Positions 24,968 to 37,739 of a stretch of 64,000 nucleotides of DNA are shown one piece after another. The first letter of the stretch is position 1; every line of letters starts with the position of its first letter. The translations under genes were made by a program, and so were the position numbers. This DNA comes from Octopus sinensis. Lineage: Eukaryota. The stretch covers positions 32,302,001 through 32,366,000 of the forward strand of contig NC_043006.1 in the NCBI RefSeq assembly GCF_006345805.1. The letters are read 5' to 3'. The notes under the pieces are model-generated. The model saw only the letters and a program-made list of their open reading frames with translations. It was not told where the DNA came from and ran no database searches.

Positions 24968-25170
24968 AATAATCCTTTTTACTCTAGGTACAAGGCCTGA
25001 AATTTTGGGGAGGGGGATAATCGATTACATCGACCCCAATGTTTCCCTGGTACGTAGTTTATCGACCCCGAAAGGATGAAAGGCAAAGTCGACTTCGGCA
25101 GAATTTGAACTCAGAACGTCAAGGCGGACGAAATGCCGCTAAGCATTTCGCTCGGCGTGCTAACGATTCT
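24968..25170 (-). mobile_element. SINE family B monomer (further copies or fragments at 8700-9050 -, 20885-21045 +, 27605-27726 +, 60960-61135 +, 62455-62765 +, 63893-64000 + cut by the window edge)
   Basis: ttatcgaccccgaaaggatgaaaggcaaagtcgacttcggcagaatttgaactcagaacgt. Confidence 0.85.
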
Positions 25171-25193
25171 GCCAGGTCGTCGCCTTAATAATA

Positions 25194-25238
<45 letters not shown>

Positions 25239-25859
25239 GTGTCAAGATTTGGTGCAAGGACTAAAGTTTTCAGGAATGGGGTTTAGTTGATACCCTCACT
25301 CACAGAATTTGGGTGAAAAAATGAGGTATACAAAGTGACTACGCAAACCTCCTCAAGTTGAAACAACAAATGCGGGTTTTTTTGGGATCAAAATTGACCA
25401 TTTTTATGTAGTGTCAAATCGAAAGGTATCTGTTTAATATTTGTTTCATAAGTCTCATGTGGATCTAAATTATGCTCGAAAATTATGGTGAAGGTGCATA
25501 ATTTATTTTTAATTATTTAATGACAAGCACAATATAACATGACTGGCAAACATTTTTAAATCATAAATCAACAACCTTCCAACATACATTATTGAATTTA
25601 TTTTTAACGTATATAATATGAGTTACACTATAAAAAGAATCCCCAATACATACCAATTCAGCTGATTTTTAACAGAAAATATTATGATTAGATGTTTATT
25701 GTCCACTTAGCACTTAAGCATGGGAAACCCGAATGAAATATTTGAAATACATTTAACTGCCATTGCAAACCACCCAGGAGGCTGCAGTTCAGGCTGTTTA
25801 CCCCTTTTGTTCATGTGGAGGGTTCCTAGTCCTTGGCTGATAATCGTCGTTAAATAATC

Positions 25860-26420
25860 TTTCCTTTTGCTTTTCCTGTCTCTCAACAGCTTTGGTGTGT
25901 CTTGAATCTTTTCCGCCAGTCATACATTTTCTTGGACCCCCTCATTAATCTCGCATGAACATGAAGTCTTTACGGTTGCCTTTCTTAGCTCTTTCCTTGC
26001 TTTTTTTTATGATGTCCTCTGCATCTTTGGGCATTATGTCAAAAAAATCAGGCAACAACTTTTCAGTGAAATTCACTCGGTTCTCCTGCTCTTTTAAACC
26101 TTTCCTACTTTCCAGAGACACCAGCTTTTTGAATCTAGAACTTTCTCCTTCACATGATCAATTCTGATTGTTGGTTTTCCCACTCTGTTATGTATTGAAA
26201 CAATCTTATTCAGCAAACAACCACAGTCACTATCACATTTCGGTCGCTGGTCATGTGTCACAACAAACAATGTGCTTTTCTTGCATTTTAAGATTGTTTG
26301 TCTTAATGTGATAGAGATATTGCAAAAATTCTTCGTTTGTAGGCAGTTGGCTGTCTTGAATGTTCGAATGTGTTTTACTAATGAGAAATATTTCTTTACT
26401 GGATCTTGTTTTCGCCATCT
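25860..26420 (-). pseudogene. N-terminal fragment of a DNA transposase (Sola-like assignment tentative)
   Basis: MAKTRSSKEIFLI...QLPTNEEFLQYL...SGKTNNQ/VGKPT...FFDIMPKDAEDII...DFMFMRD, resembling the TRS-IFLIG-LPS / RIPT / LFDIAHxDA / DxxFLxDQ pattern. Confidence 0.5.
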
Positions 26421-26516
26421 TACTTCCAATGTATATATCCTTTAAAAAGCACTTGAATACCAATTTTAAAACGTCAGCGTCTTGTCACTGTGAAGTTACA
26501 TTATTTACATTATATA

Positions 26517-26770
26517 TGGCATATTGGTTAAGAGCGCGGGCTACTAACCCCAACATTCCGAGTTCGATTCCAAGCAGTGACCTGAATAATAATAATAATA
26601 ATAACAACAACAACAACATCGAAAAATACCTTAGGAATGAGAACCCAGGTTTCCCCAAGACACCTGATGAAGGCTGGAGGGCATATCAGACGAAAAGATG
26701 AAGACAAATATCCGTCAATTGTAAATAATGTAAATTATGTACATAATTCCTAATCTCTTAAATATAGAAC
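26517..26770 (+). mobile_element. tRNA-headed short element carrying a hammerhead-like core
   Basis: A-box 26517-26527, B-box 26562-26570, (AAT)n(AAC)n, then ctgatga-a-ggctg..cagac-gaaa at 26664-26695. Confidence 0.6.
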
Positions 26771-28534
26771 TGTGAAGTTAGTTGCATGTATCACTTTGAA
26801 CAAAAATCACAAAAATCAGTGTCCTATCACTGCACAAAAAAAATTCTTTGAAAGAAGCAACAACAGTCCTATTAATGCGGAATTGATTTCAGTTATCACT
26901 TCCAATCTATTTTACCTGTATTTTCTTTCTAGACATCAAATAAAATTAATGTTATGTTGCATTTGCCAAAAATATTATAAAGGATACGAAGTATATTGTT
27001 AACTTTCGAAGTTTAATAATATTACGTCAGCTTTTTTGATCAAATTAACTTCTTTCCTATTTCTCCCCTCGTTATAGTTCAACGGTTCAACCCTAAATGA
27101 AAATATGTAGTGTACTTAGTCTATCCTCCCTTCTCCTTCTGCCCATTGACCCGATCCCCCTTCTCCCCTTCTTCTTGTTCTTCCCTATTCATGGTTATTC
27201 AAAATCTAGCAGATGTGATTATAAGATTTTAAGATTTTTCGACAACTGTGTAACTTCGTGCTTGTTAGAAAGTCATTAGAAATGAGTTTTATACTTGCGC
27301 CATAACTTATGTTCAAAAAGAGATGGAGAGATGGAAGCATGTTGCACGAGTGCTGTGCGTGCAAGGAACCGTGCGAATAGGCTATAAAAGAACAAAAAAA
27401 GGTAACAGTGATAGATCGGGGCTTGTGGAGTCGGAGCTTGGCCTGATCGTCGCTACATTTGTGTTGTCTCTGTATTGTTAATTTCATTCGATTCTTTAAA
27501 TATTCTATATAATTTTTATATTCATATTTTATGTAAAACCATAACGTATTACTGATCCCAATCAGTTGTTTTGTCTTTTTCTGTGTTTGGCCTCCTGTGG
27601 GCAATAAAGAAATTGATATTTCGTCTCCCGCTACGTTCTGAGTTTAAATTCTGCCGAGGTCGACTTTGCCGTTCAAAGTCTGCCCCACAAAATTTCGAGC
27701 CTTGTTCCTCGAGTAGAAAAGATTATTATATTTGTGTATTAATCTATCTCCATAAATAACAAGACAGGTACCTGCTAAAAAAAGGTCTGAATATCTTTAT
27801 TTCCATTGATTAATTTAGGTCTATTTATTTTATAATTTACACATTGGATTTTTTATTCTATGAATTTATTTTGGTACTTTTACGATTCGTTTTCTGTTTG
27901 AATCGACGTGTTACTTTTTGTCAAGTGAATGCTAAAAGTGGAATATGGGTGCAAAGCGATAGGTGATCCAGCAGTGCTCTCTCTATTGGTGATCCAGCAG
28001 TGCTCTCAAAGCTACTCACCTGATGACGTGCAAATTCACAGCTATTACTGGATCATATATAATATTTATATAATCATATGAATAATATGTGAAACAGTCA
28101 GCAACTAACTGCTGATGCTAAGGCACAAACTGTCTAATCTACTATCTAATCTACTAATTTAATTCAATATTAGTATTTGGGCGTTGTGCTGCTTAGCCAT
28201 GAACAGATTTATGGTCAAATGTGGTCCAGCCGTGACCATCCCGTTTTTGATTGTCCGGTGTGATTTTAGAGAGATTTTGCTATTATTTCTCATTTGTTTC
28301 TTTCAGTTTTTGAGCGCGTTTGTTAGAGAAGATTATACTTTATTTACCGTACCGTGCTGATGACTGATTTTGGCAGATAAACACGTAGAGAAAGGTTCAT
28401 GGTTGTGTTTGGTGTTACTTAGCTGCAGGTCACAACTGATCAAGCAGTCCAATAATCAAACAGATACTGCAGCTGCGAATATCCGTTCTTTGAAATTTCA
28501 GACACAATGTATCTCATGCCATTGTTAGAATAAT

Positions 28535-28934
28535 CTTTTCTACTCTAGGCACCAGGCCCGAAATTTTGGGGGAGGGGCCAGTCGATTAGATCGACTCCAG
28601 TACGCAACTGGTACTTAATTTATCGACCCTGAAAGGATGAAAGGCAAAGTCTACTTCGGCGGAATTTGAACTCAGAACGTAGCGGCAGACGAAATACCTA
28701 TTTCTTTACTACCCAAAAGGGGCTAAACGCAGAGGGGACAAACAAGGACAGACAAACGGATTAAGTCGATTACATCGACCCCAGTGCGTAACTGGTACTT
28801 ATTTAATCGACCCCGAAAGAATGAAAGGCAAAGTCGACCTCGGCGGAATTTGAACTCAGAACCGAAACGGCAAACGAAATACGGCTACGCATTTCGCCCG
28901 GCGTGCTAACGTTTCTACCGGCTCACCGCCTTAT
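28535..28934 (-). mobile_element. SINE family B dimer
   Basis: Two units joined by a ttgtcccctctg..tttagcccc linker; 15-bp TSD with 1 mismatch (28520-28534 / 28935-28949). Confidence 0.9.
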
Positions 28935-30552
28935 CATTGCTAGAATAATGAACAACCGCAGAGAGGCTTCTCTCTCGATTTTGCTGTTGTTGTTGTTATC
29001 ATTTCACATCTCCCCACCAGTCATTTAGTAGACATATAATGAAAAGTATTTCAGCCGTGGCCAAACGCTCTTTCAGATATACTAGTATCTAAAACAACAT
29101 AATATCATGTATCCTTTATTTCCATAAGTCGGTGGGGTGCAGTTTGAGAGGCAAGAGCGGAAGTAGTGGATGCTGCGCATCGTAATTTTCAATGCTAAGA
29201 TTGGTAAGATGCGCTCTCTCTCTCTTTTTCTCTCTCTATTTCCTTTTCTTTCTTTCTTTCTTTCTTTCTTTCTTTCCCTTTCTCTTTCTTGCCGTCTACA
29301 TATATATGTGTGTGTATGTGTGTATGTGTGTTTGTGTGTGTGTGTGTGTGTGTGTATGTGTGTGTGTGTGTGTGATTCTATGAAGTTGTTCAAATAGAAA
29401 TGTAGCTATGCTAAAACAATAAACTCTCTTACGGAAATAAAAAGCGCACCGACAGGAATAAACCCAAATTTTAACCGTTAACCCTCAAAGTTTGAAACTA
29501 GAGTGACTATGGCCTTTGCCCCTTTGCCTTCCTTTTTAGACTTTTAATATTAAAAATTTAATGTAATTACTAAGTATATGGCGAGTTAACACCTGTAAGA
29601 AAGATATGAGCAAGGAGAATATTCCAGTGGGAGGAAGTTCTGTGGAGGAGGGACTGGGGGGAGAGGTTAGTGCGGAGAAAAACAAAGGTGACAAGACGTA
29701 GAGAGATGAGTGAGTCGACAGTGCCTGAGTGGAGGAGTTAGAAGCTTCGAGGAACAGAGGCCATTATAGTAGTGAGAGAAAAAAAAAACAGAGAACAGGG
29801 AGCACGTCTGAGAACCAGAAGCAGGAGCCTGTCTGAGTGACTTAATGCCAATCAGTCGAGTGGCCCTTTACTGGAAGTAGTTCATGATGTCGGTGTATCG
29901 CAACGGCACCATTTCAGAAATAGGGTCAGGAATAGTTGGAAGCTGAACTGTTTTCTGAACTTGTAGAAACTTTCTGAACTTTCGTTAGGAAATATCCTTG
30001 CTGATAGTGTGACTCAACATTTGGAGTAACCGTGGGGAGTCTAGTTAAGTGCCATTTAAAGAGCATTACTCAAACATTACGACATATTATTTACAGCTAC
30101 ATTTGCAATCGGACAGCTTCCTTAAAAAGACCTTCATTCGAAATAAGATAATAAATATACATAGATTTCCTTTCTCGCTTGTATGAATAAAGCTTTTAAT
30201 TTCACGGTTAAATGCCTGCACGTCTCTCTGGTGTAATTTTACCATGGCTGTATACAAACGCGTGGATTGCTCTTCATGGATCGATTTGTCCACTTTTTCC
30301 CGAGTAAATGTTTTTGGTTTCTTTATTGCGACCTATTGTTTTAGATATATTTGCTTTTCATCAATTTTATAAAAATACATATTTTAAAATTTCCCGATGA
30401 TTCAGAACATGGTCTATGAAAACGAATATACAAACACACATAAATACATATGTATTAAAATATACAGATATGGAAATATTTTACTCTCAAACGCATAATG
30501 ATAATGTTGAATAACATAGAACATCCTTATATTGTAGAAAATTTTGTTAGCA

Positions 30553-30627
30553 GCTAGCAATGAGACTCGAACTCACATCGCTGTGATTACTGGTCATTGT
30601 GATTTACCTTTAAGATAAACTGCTGAC
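30553..30627 (-). pseudogene. tRNA-like pseudogene or SINE head, Thr(AGT)-like loop
   Basis: Acceptor gtcagca/tgctagc, anticodon loop ccAGTaa, T-arm gtgagttcgagtctca; D-arm decayed. Confidence 0.45.
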
Positions 30628-30999
30628 TAACAAATTCTTCTGCAAGTTTTGAACTTATAAATATAGCTTTTATAGATGCTTTATGTGAAATTACGATGTA
30701 TATAAACAAGGTTTGCTTTTTTAGAAGCGTTGAGATGTATATGTGTATGCATGTATACACACATTATATATCTGTACACTTTGTGTATACATATATACAT
30801 ATAAAAGACACACACTAACACACATACACACACAAACGTACAAACACACACACGCACATAATATTTACATATAACATAAAAACACTTCTGGTATAATAGA
30901 TATTAACAACCACATATAACAAGCGTATATGCTTCATGTATTTTCGTTATTGCAGCGGAAAAACACACGAAGCATATATGCTAGTACTTCTGGTTGTTG

Positions 31000-31102
<103 letters not shown>

Positions 31103-31430
31103 CCTGTCTCTCTATCTGTTAAAGAGGACAACAAGCATTAAGGCAAGGCAAACATCTCAAATCGTATACAATATTATTATTGGAAACATTTTTTCCCGAT
31201 AATAATACTGTATATGATTTGAGACGTTGCCGTACCTAATGTTTGTTGTTCTCTTTAATAATATATAATCCCAGCATCGGAAATCGGCAATGGCTCCATA
31301 ACTACCGTCTCGTTTATAACCTTGGAGCACTTACCTAGCGTACTAATTCATTTAGATCAACTGTGAACTAAACCCCATACTTTTGTATATATATATACTA
31401 TATATATATATATATATCATATATATATAT

Positions 31431-31819
31431 GCAGGAGTGGCTGTGTGGTAAGTAGCTTGCTTACAAACCACATGGTTCCGGGTTCAGTCCCACTGCGTGA
31501 CACCTTGGGCAAGTGTCTTCTACTATAGCCTCGGGCCGACCAAAGCCTTGTGAGTGGATTTGGTAGACGGAAACTGAAAGAAGCCCGTCATATATATGTA
31601 TATGTATGTGTGTGTGTTTGTGTGTTTGTGTTTGTCCCCCCAACATCGCATGACAACTGATGCTGGTGTGTTTACATCCCCGTAACTTAGGGGTTCGGCA
31701 AAAGAGACCGATAGAATAAGAACTAGGCTTACAAGTCCTGGGGTCGATTTCCTCGACTAAAGGCGTTGCTCTAGCATGGCCGCAGTCAAATGACTGAAAC
31801 AAGTAAAAGAGTAAAAGAG
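31431..31819 (+). mobile_element. tRNA-derived SINE family A, full length
   Basis: A-box tggctgtgtggt, B-box ggttcagtccc, caccttgggcaag core, internal microsatellite, 3' tail agcatggccgcagtcaaatgactgaaac(aagtaaaag)n. Confidence 0.9.
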
Positions 31820-31826
31820 AAAAAGA

Positions 31827-31861
<35 letters not shown>

Positions 31862-32111
31862 CATAGGGAGAGACAGAGCGAAAAAAAGAGAGAGAAGAGA
31901 GAGAATAATCACAATAATCATTCCCGAGGAGCTTGTAAAAACAGATGATGTGTTCTTTTGTTGTTTCAGCACAAAAAGAAACTTGTAGTTTAAATGCGGA
32001 GTGTATTTGTACATGAAAGCTGCGGCTGTATGTTTATTGAATATATGTAATAGTGTCAGTTAACTTAAGTATATACGTTCTGCCTTTATGTCTCTCTCTC
32101 GCACGCACGCA

Positions 32112-32164
<53 letters not shown>

Positions 32165-32255
32165 CTCTCCCTCTCTCTCCACTATTCATCTCTCTCTCCA
32201 CACCATTTGACTGTCTATTTGACTGTCTCTCTTTCTCTTTCTCTCTCTCTCTCTG

Positions 32256-32302
<47 letters not shown>

Positions 32303-32671
32303 TGTCTGTAAGTGTGTTTATGTGTGTGTTTGTGTATGTTTGTATGTATGCATGGGCGGGACCGCGTGTGTGTGCATACACACACATGTACACACACACA
32401 CACACACACATATATGACTGAGGGTATGTCTACGTGATTTCATGGTTGTGTGTACGTATGATATAAAACGGTGCACTAAGTCTTGTCCCTTTACGTCAAA
32501 AGGTTACCCAAGCACCTGATGAATAAAAATCGATCACATAACTACCAGACAGCCATACGTCCTGGCACTGATGCCATCGACTAAAAGCCTCTTAAAGTGA
32601 TTTATTTGCATGGCTGCAGTCCAATGATTGATATAATTTAAAATCAACAAATATGTATGCATACATACATG

Positions 32672-32712
<41 letters not shown>

Positions 32713-33373
32713 CACATATATGGAAATATTTATATACACGCATAAATATGTATGTATACATATATTTATGTATATATGAATATGTATATATATGTAAATA
32801 GAGAGAATGTGTGTGTATGTGAGAGAAAAAGAAAGGCGTTGATCTGCGAAAGTTTATTGCTTACCCGATGTTTCTTTTATTCATCGATTTATTCCTTCAT
32901 CGATTCCTCGATCTCCATATCACTGTGGGGTTAATTTTAGACCTTAACTTGTATGTTACATTGCGAAAGGTGGTCGAAATCTGAGAAGCTCATATTCTTC
33001 AGATTAATCAATAAGATAAAGGTGTGTACGGTCGATAGTGAAGTGCAATCGGGTTTTATACCTGTAACGTCAGACTGAAAACAAGTACATAATCACACGC
33101 ACGGGCACACACACACACACACACACGTACATATCCATAAGGCCATAAATGTGCTTATATATGTGTGTAAGTGTGTGTGTGTATGTGTGTGTGTGTATGT
33201 CTGTGTGTTCATAAGTGTAAATGTTTCTACACATTCAAATGGTTATCAATATATAAATATGTACATATACATACAAACAAACGGAAACATATATACACGT
33301 TTGAGGGTGATGTGTTTACGCATGAATGTAATTCTATATAAGTTATAGGAATGTTTGCACCAGTGAATCTATG

Positions 33374-33433
<60 letters not shown>

Positions 33434-33514
33434 TATGTGTATGTGTGTGTGTGTGAGTCTTTGTGGATTTGGTTGGAGGAAAAGGAAAAAAGGCTGTCAG
33501 ATATATATAATATA

Positions 33515-33562
<48 letters not shown>

Positions 33563-33743
33563 TATATATTTATGTGTGTGTTGATATGTTTACGAACCAG
33601 TAACCAATGACAAAAGAAAACAAATAGAATAAATACCAGTCTTATAAAAACAATATTGGGGTCGATTCATTCAAGTAAAAGTTCTTTATGACGATGCCCG
33701 TGCTTGGCCGTAGTCTAATGGCTGAAACAAATGATTAATAATA

Positions 33744-33793
<50 letters not shown>

Positions 33794-33799
<6 letters not shown>

Positions 33800-34317
33800 C
33801 TAAGCTGACGCACAATGGAACGGTACTTCAAGTCCGAAAATCCTGTCTGCTTCGACAGTTAACGAACAACCAGAATTATATAACACACAATATAGCATTA
33901 TTATTTTAAATACGAAACCACATTAAACTCAGCTCTGAATTTCTTGTTCTCGTTTCACTGAATTTTAGACCCGGATAAGCAGATATGTGATGAGAAAAGT
34001 TCCAGTAGCAATCAACTTTGTTATCAGTGAATATTTTTCTTAAATTATCCACAACCTTAAGATTAGCGTTAAACCTGTTATACATGTGTAAGCGTGAATG
34101 AGTAAGTATGAAAAGATATAAAACCCCCACTACATATATGTGTATGCGTATGCTTTGTGCTTGTATATATATATATACCGGCGACATGAGAGTTATATAC
34201 ACCACTACGCCATTGCAGCCACCGTAAAATGCACCCAAAACGTATATCTATTTAATAATATTTATTATACTAGGACTGCTCTCACTTTATATGTGAATAT
34301 ATATATATGTATATATG

Positions 34318-34379
<62 letters not shown>

Positions 34380-34750
34380 ATACAAACACAAAGCATACGC
34401 ATACACATATATGTAATGGGGGTTTTATATCTTTTCATACTTACTCATTCACGCTTACACAAGTATACAGTTTAACGCTAATCTTAAGGTTGTGGATAAT
34501 TTAAGAAAAATATTCACTGATAACAAAGTTGATTGCCACTGGAACTTTTCTCATCACATATCTGCTTATCCGGGTCTAAAATTCAGTGAAACGAGAACAA
34601 GAAATTCAGAGCTGAGTTTAATGTGGTTTCGTATTTAAAATAATAATGCTATATTGTGTGTTATATAATTCTGGTTGTTGGTTAACTGTGGAAGCAGACA
34701 GGATTTTCGGACTTGAAGTATCGTTCCATTGTGCGTCAGCTTGGACAAAT
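33794..34750. repeat. Long inverted repeat, ~370-bp arms, 215-bp spacer
   Basis: 33794-34165 versus reverse complement of 34381-34750; about 10 differences counted by eye. Confidence 0.95.
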
Positions 34751-34839
34751 TCTTCCGCTCTGGCCATGGAGTAAAGAATATTTTTCAAGAAAGAATTTGG
34801 TAGTGAGACAATATACGTGGGCCAATCTATCTATCTCCA

Positions 34840-34915
<76 letters not shown>

Positions 34916-34920
34916 ATATA

Positions 34921-35040
34921 CAGGGTCGGGCAGAAGTAACGCCCTGTTTGCGGTTAATAAGTTTTATAGTATATAAATGTTTATTAGTAATTTTTCATTG
35001 AACACAAATTTATTGCATTACTTAAAGAATCGAATAATAT
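34921..35040 (+). mobile_element. Tc1/mariner-type terminus (no partner TIR found)
   Basis: ta|cagggtcgggcagaagtaacgccc. Confidence 0.4.
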
Positions 35041-35149
35041 ACTAATGATGTAAGAGAGCTGGTGAGAGGAAAATAAAAAGTTTCAGGTAGGAGCTCTATT
35101 AGTGGCAATTTTTATCTGATAAAACAGCTCTATGACCCTTAGAATTCAT

Positions 35150-35720
35150 ACATAGCACCCACGATTGATAAAGGCGGATCAGAGAACAGAAAAAAAACTA
35201 GAAAAGGTATTACAAAGGGGTGGATGTATCACTTCACGGACCTGGACCTTTTAAAAATCCTTCCATCCTGTATGAGAACCTTATCACCCCACTTTCACAG
35301 TCACTCCTCGCACAAAAGATAGATAATATCCCAACACTGGGAGAGGATAGTAGGACGATCAGCTATATGGACACAGAAATTCATCGATTTAAATAAGATA
35401 TTTGGCAAGGACTTCACATCCATCACAACACAAAACTTGCGATTAAGTTCTCACTGTTGTAAAGAAGAATAAGGCTTAGAAAAGCAAATATCGTACCGCT
35501 TTAAGGCATTTCATTCACTTCGGTTATTGGGAATCAGTCTCAATTTATGCTGAATGCACTTCTCCACCATGTCTGGTTATCAACGTGGCCTTAGAGAAAA
35601 ATTGGGACAGTACACATGACTTTTGCTAAGCGACAACTACAAGAAAAAAATAATGAACATCAGGATGGTCGTTATTAAGTGTTTATCGATCTTACAAAAT
35701 CTTGATCCAGCTGCTTGCAG
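35150..35720 (+). pseudogene. Strongly decayed RTE-type RT fragment
   Basis: Frameshifted pieces GISFTSVIG..MLNALLHHV, YQRGLR, GTVHMTFAKRQLQEK, VFIDLTKS, matching RTE YRGISLLS / GTxDMIFxxRQLQEK / VFIDLTKAFD. Confidence 0.6.
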
Positions 35721-35871
35721 AGCCAAATATATCGATTTATTGAACTGAATGATACTTATTTAAAGCTAATGTGTGCATATGTGTATCTGTATGCCTGTAT
35801 GTATGTAGACATAAATGTCTCTCTCTTTATATATGCATGTACATAGACACATGTATATATGCATGTACATA

Positions 35872-35919
<48 letters not shown>

Positions 35920-36149
35920 CATATGCATGTATACATATATACATACATAGTTGCATTTATCAAATGCGATGCAAGATATTCTCATCTCTTGAGTCAGTTA
36001 TTTATATATATATATATATATGAAGAAAATAAGACAAGGTAGGAAATGCTAAAATAGTTTTATCATGAACATTTTAGAACAGGTTTCAGTCTTTGCAACT
36101 TTTTCAACTTGGAGTAAATCATGAAAAACAATTAAATTGTGAATGTGTA

Positions 36150-36466
36150 TATAATCAAAATAAGCAACAAGGATATCCAAGGTAGAGTAGTACAATTGTT
36201 TCATGCTACTTCATTTTATTAAACACTAAGTATTACATCAGTTTTAAAATGTCGAGCAATCTTCAGCCACATATAGAATTTTCCAGTTAAACGGACAATG
36301 CCCATTCTTATCCCTATTTCCGTTTAATTGGAAAATTCTATATGTGGCTGAAGATTGCTCGACATTTTAAAACTGATGTAATACTTACAATGTTTAATAA
36401 AATGAAGTAGCATGAAAAAATTGCACTACTCTACCTTGGATATCCTTGTTGCTTATTTTGATTATA
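36150..36466. repeat. Near-perfect palindrome, 146/148-bp arms, 23-bp spacer
   Basis: 36150-36295 versus 36319-36466; 4-5 differences. Confidence 0.95.
36187..36270 (-). ncRNA. Type-I hammerhead-like motif with long stem II
   Basis: gtgg CTGAAGA t-tgct...catttta...taaaatg...agca-t GAAA caattg TA| ctac; stem III ACAATTGT is palindromic. Confidence 0.55.
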
Positions 36467-36989
36467 ATCCCCCCATTTGATTTATGTGGATAATACCATA
36501 CAAAATTCTGGTGCCTCTAACTTAAGTACCATATTCATCTGAATCTAAATTCTGCTGAACTTATATATATATATAATTCATAAATAAGGGCAAACGAAAA
36601 AATTTGCCCTTATTTATGAATTGTTTATAAATTTAACCATCAAAGGTATTTTTTAATATGCTAGCCATTGATAAATAGTTTCTCTCCAAATCCTATCTCC
36701 TTTCTCTTAATATATAAAATCTGTACACTACTTCATACAATCTATACTTACATGCATGCATGAGTGCATGCTTATATAATGCATACATACATACATATAC
36801 ACATACATTCATATACATACACACACACATATATATGCATGCATACATGCATTATATATATATGTGTGAGTATGTGTGTATGTATGTATGCATTTATGTA
36901 TGCATATGTATATACTTCATGTCATTGAAAACGTGCGAAAAGAAATATAGCATGAAATCCATCAAGAATAATATGGTCAGTCAATTCAA

Positions 36990-37690
36990 ATTCTGAAGCT
37001 CGGAATAAAAGACTCGGAGAACTCTAACAAATTCTACTGAACAGACAATGCCCATCAGTGGTAACAGGTTAGAATGCTCCAAAATAATGCAAATCCAGGA
37101 ATTCCATACAACAAACAACAAATCCAATACACCAAATATTCTATTTAGCATACAACTCACAAACCAAGAATTACTGAAATAGAAAATATTACTCACCAAA
37201 AAATTCTATAGAAGAAAAACCTAAAAATGAGAAAAGCATTCGAAATATTTTAAATAAGGAAATGCTAAAGCGATCACAAACCTCCAAAGAAATTTACAAT
37301 GTCAATTGCCTGCCAAAAACCCAACTCTAATAGCCAAACACACTCGTCGTTCCAACTGTGGAACCTGCGTCAAGATAATACAAGTCACGTTCTGTAAATT
37401 CAAATCAGCATATATCTTCACTATAAAAAATCTCTTCACTTATTCGTCAAAACCGATTATTTTATGTAATTTAATGTAATGGTTGTAACCAAAAGTATAT
37501 TGGACAAACGAAATCAATAAACATTAAACCCCATAAATATTACACTAACTGGCATTGGTAAGAAATACCCAAACACCTCAAAGGCAACTAGGAGATATTT
37601 GATAAACATAAAATTTACCTTCCAAATTTAGTACTGAGGTCATCAAAGGATTAACCAGCAGATGTCTTTGGAAACCAGTTAAATTCCCGA
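36990..37690 (+). mobile_element. Penelope-like remnant (GIY-YIG)
   Basis: CGTCVKI...FTIKNLFT..YVI*CNGCNQKYIGQTK around 37350-37520. Confidence 0.65.
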
Positions 37691-37739
37691 AATATATTTA
37701 CGGTCGTCACGATGACACTAAACAATCAATGCTATTCAA

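Noticed and set aside
27382-27390. TATA-like ctataaaag in locally GC-richer context
   Set aside because: Expected by chance in AT-rich DNA; no downstream gene evidence.
27961-28056. Duplicated ggtgatccagcagtgctctc, inverted ctggatca and a ctgatga-gtg/cac stem
   Set aside because: GAAA is missing and stem I is out of register; cannot support a ribozyme call.
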